From positions 1 through 64,000 of the forward strand of contig CAXIUT010000110.1 of the NCBI GenBank assembly GCA_964035545.1: a stretch of 64,000 nucleotides of DNA, read 5' to 3'. Below, one piece after another: positions 15,501 to 64,000 of this stretch. A model generated the notes under the pieces. It was not told the origin of the DNA and ran no database searches. It worked only from the letters and a program-made list of their open reading frames with translations. The translations under genes were made by a program, and so were the position numbers. Every line of letters starts with the position of its first letter. Positions within the stretch are counted from its first letter, which is position 1. This stretch comes from Bugula neritina. Taxonomy: Eukaryota; Animalia; Bryozoa.

Positions 15501-17086
15501 TACAGCACTTTGGAACCTTTCATGTGCTGGTTTTTAAGTCTATATGCTATACATAAATTTATATATCTGTAAATAGAAATATATAAATAATGGTTAACTT
15601 AATGAATACGTTCCCATTAGAGTAACTTATATAACACCAGCTATGATTGTAAATCTTATCAGTATGGGATGCAGCAACATTCTAGTTTTTCGGAAAATAA
15701 TCCACCTTCATTCGACCTGACCAGTCATGATCATAGCTTTAAAGTAAAATTATGCTTGCCTGCTTATTTCAAAGCGTGTAATTGTATTCAATTGCTAAAC
15801 TACTGAAACTCTATTTAATTGTCGAAACTACTATATAATAATATTATATTGCAGATGCTTGGTTTAGAACTTGTGTGCGTGCGTGCGTGTGTGTGTTGTA
15901 GAACCACTTATTTGGTGTATATAAAGTAAGTTTGACTATAGTATTGTATTGGAACCTTTGTTGAGTAAAATTTTATAAGTTCATTAAAAGTTAGCAATGC
16001 CGACAGGCAAACTCCGCTTAAGTAAAGCTGTCTGCCCAAGGGGGACAACTTCCTTTGATACTTGCAACATTAACTCAACAATGTAATGGCTAAATATACC
16101 TATAAAGCTGTACTGTATGTTAGGAAGATACATTAATTCTAGTAATTAATAATTATATGTGTCATAGAGCTTGTTTTGTTTAAATCACTGAACAATAATG
16201 AAGACACATCTAGCTCGTGGAATGTTGATGTGTTCCAATTCATTTATTGCTTTATTGATTTATATTCCCTGGCATTTTGTGAGCACAAATGTGGTGCTAT
16301 ATTTCCTGCTTACAAATTTCCAAGTTCGAGACTTCCCCAACAAACAAAAGATTTTAACACAAAACAAAGCTTGATTATTATTGGATCCTTAACAAAGCAA
16401 AGTGCAGTTTATTATGATGCCCGGTATATCAGAATTTGATGTCAGATTTAATATGAGACAAACTTAAAAAAGAGGTCTTTATTGTTTCATTTTGTTGTAA
16501 TTATAAATATACGTATTAATTAAATTCATATTTTCAAGATCATTCAATATAACAGTGCTACCATCTCAACTTGGCTACATATATAATTCTGTCTAATAAG
16601 ATGAAACCAAGCTGGTTTGACATAATATACCAGGTAATATTACATTTAAATCTGTAAAATTTTACCGATCCGCTATATAACTAACATATATTTTGCACTT
16701 TTTTTACTGCATGGTTCAAAAATATGTTTGACTACAATGATTGTGTACTGTCAAATTATAAAAGTATGCATGATACATAAAACTTCACAAATGAATAATA
16801 GCATAGTTATGTAATAAGGTTGTGAAAGAAATACAATGAATAGTGCCAGTGAATTCAACCATATCTTTGATTAAACAGCATGGTTACATTAATGCATCAA
16901 TCAGCAAGTAAAATCAATACCTTGTGTTCAATAACAAAGACATAATGGGGCACTAGTTAGTTTAAACAGTATGTTGTTTAGCACAGGTTTTATAACAAAT
17001 GCTGATTCTGATTGCAGCGGTGGCGTTTTTAAGACAAGCATTCTCCTAGCAGAGGAGTTGACTTAAATGGAAAATCCGGAATAAAG

Positions 17087-61864
<44,778 letters not shown>

Positions 61865-62389
61865 GTAAAGTTATAGGAAATGCATACAAGCTTAATGAAA
61901 GACAAACTAGACTTTTGTCTACAATTCTCGAACCATTGCTAAATTGCCACTTTTTTTATATGTTAATTGACAACAAGTTACATAATTATATTGCTGAAAA
62001 TTGAATCTGGTGTACTAAACACATGCATTATTAAAGCTAAAAGTCAGCATAGACACAGACAATAATTATCACAAACAGAATGCTTTAGACACTAGATATA
62101 TTTAGTGTGTACTTGTATAATTTTATAGTACTTTTATGAAGTCCTTTTTTCAAAAATTCTATAGTGGAAATACTGAGTATTTTGTACCTATAAAATAATA
62201 TATGCTACAATATATATGTATATTATGTAGATACAAGCTATAACAAAAGAGATAGGAGAAAGAAAATTGAATATACGGATATCAGCATGTTTTTTGGCTA
62301 AAAAGCTACATATTCTAAATACAAATGCAATTACAATGCTATATACAACTGTACTATTATGCTATGATATGATAATTATATATATATAT

Positions 62390-62444
<55 letters not shown>

Positions 62445-62447
<3 letters not shown>

Positions 62448-62600
62448 GGTTGTAGTGGTAAAAATATTCTTGGCCATACTCTCAGGCCGGGGGTCCAGGG
62501 GGCCGCCCAGGCCCCCGGCGGGGCCCGGGGCAGCGCCCCGGCCACCGAAGCCCTCAGAGCACTTCTGATGCAAATTTATGCAATTTAAAGCCATTGTGAA
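62445..62600. repeat. GC-rich end of an unclassified non-autonomous element, next to (TA)n
   Basis: Starts CAGGGTTGTAGTGG; contains GGGGTCCAGGGGGCCGCCC...GGGGCAGCGCCCC inverted GC motifs in an otherwise AT-rich background. The other end was not found. Confidence 0.5.
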
Positions 62601-63505
62601 TTATAATTCTTCTGAAAAAAATCTGTGTTGAAATGTGCACCTCGCTATTATTTTCATACCATACCAGCTACATGACGACTGGGCATTGCTGCAAACTATA
62701 TAAATATTCAGTCTTGTCCCATACCTGTTGACTGTAATGTAATGTAATGTAGTCTTACTCAACTGCAGTTAGGTTTATTCTGACACTAAGTCCAACCTGT
62801 ACAGAAAAATTGCTGAATATCTCAAAAAGATGGAAGGATAGAGGCAGGTAACAAGTGCTCTCCAAATGCAACCTGATTACTTTAAATAACTAATACAGTG
62901 CTGTGCACAGAAAAAGAATAATAGATCAGAACAGAGGAAGATTGCTAATCAGAAAATGTGTGTTGGTTAATTATAAAGAGCAATTTGAGTTGATAACTCA
63001 TTGGCAAGCAGAAATTGGTTGAAAACCTATTTGGAGTTTATTAGAGTACTAGTCTAATCCATAAGGTGATACCGCCACACCTCCTTACACACAATATAAA
63101 GCACACCGCAAGAAAAGTATGTTAACTTGGTTTTAAAATAAAACCCCTGAGCTTCCACTAGATACATCAAGGAAATATACCCCAAAAGAACAAATTTGAC
63201 AGGTTTAATATGTGTTAACCTAGAAGAGGATTAAATGTAAAGCCAGGCGTTAGTACAATCAAACATAAAAGGTTACTTATGGTGGTGTACAGTTTGCAAA
63301 ACCTTATTGCATTGATAATTAACATGCAATAATGCTAGGTTTTTTGACCAAAATGTGGATATAGTACCTGTAGACCTCAGTGATAAATTTTCATTAGCCT
63401 CTCCTACACACCTGGTACTGTTTCTTGAAGACATTTTGATTTTATTTCTGGATTTCATGTTGGTTTTTTCCAAATTCCATTGCTTATTGACAAAATGCAA
63501 GTTCA

Positions 63506-64000
63506 CACATGATAGATAAGGGCCACCTTCTAGCTGTCACTGCCTTGCTGAGGCCACATTATTAGTATATTATAAGAATTCAGTCCTGCCAAATAAAACC
63601 TCACTTAATTGTGCTAGAATTAAAATTTAAAAACCATGTTTTAGATCTTCCTGTTCCTCAGAGCACCTGTTTTTTGAGTTTTCAATATTTTTTTGCAAAG
63701 TTATCGACAAAAATCTACCCATTTTTGGCCAATTTTACCTGAACAATTTATTTTTCAATCCCTGCCAAATATCTCAGCGGGAAAGCATGGTATTTGAATA
63801 GAACAAACACTGTCGGAAACCTGAGAAATTTATGCATGGTAAATTTTTTGTTCAATCTTGTCAATAGCCTTCATAGATTTTCTACAAGTTAGTGATTTAT
63901 ACACTGAAAATGAAAGATTTTTTCCTTAGTAATCACCAATGCACAGCACTTCGCGCTTCAGTGAACACGTAGCCTAAAGATGAGAAGACTGAATGTTGAT
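63506..64000. mobile_element. Diverged relative of the 33453-34208 MITE, running off the window
   Basis: Starts cacatgatagataagggccacc. Collinear with 33453-33930 (ctgccttgctgagg, ctcacttaattgtgctaga, gcacttcgcgcttca). Confidence 0.82.

Noticed and set aside
9880-17000. Short ORFs and possible 5' UTR exons (donors near 12998 and 15926) in the intergenic region
   Set aside because: No protein motifs and no consistent exon chain; cannot be supported without transcripts.

Overview
AT-rich, intron-rich eukaryotic (invertebrate-type) genomic DNA. The host content is a head-to-tail pair of ZNFX1-like genes on the + strand (SF1/UPF1-like RNA helicase, NF-X1-type zinc fingers, C-terminal RING-like region). 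The 3' part of one paralog lies at about 1-8000. A nearly complete second paralog (17087-61864, about 30 coding exons, about 1630 aa as reconstructed by eye) has a reading frame that appears intact despite heavy intronic transposon load. The introns hold three Ty3/Gypsy LTR elements: (A) a Mag-like gag-UGA/CUA-pol element with an extra three-zinc-knuckle ORF; (B) a gag-protease element lacking RT, RNase H and the integrase core but carrying an intron-containing zinc-finger/coiled-coil ORF3; (C) a 2.66-kb gag-protease-only element with identical 128-bp LTRs. They also hold two Penelope-like families with hammerhead ribozymes, all inserted in (TA)n, several MITEs, and a 790-bp duplication that copies a host exon. 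The most striking non-coding feature is a retrozyme-like unit at 26468-26808: two tandem hammerhead ribozymes 276 nt apart that bracket a highly self-complementary spacer. All coordinates were read by eye and may be off by a few bases.
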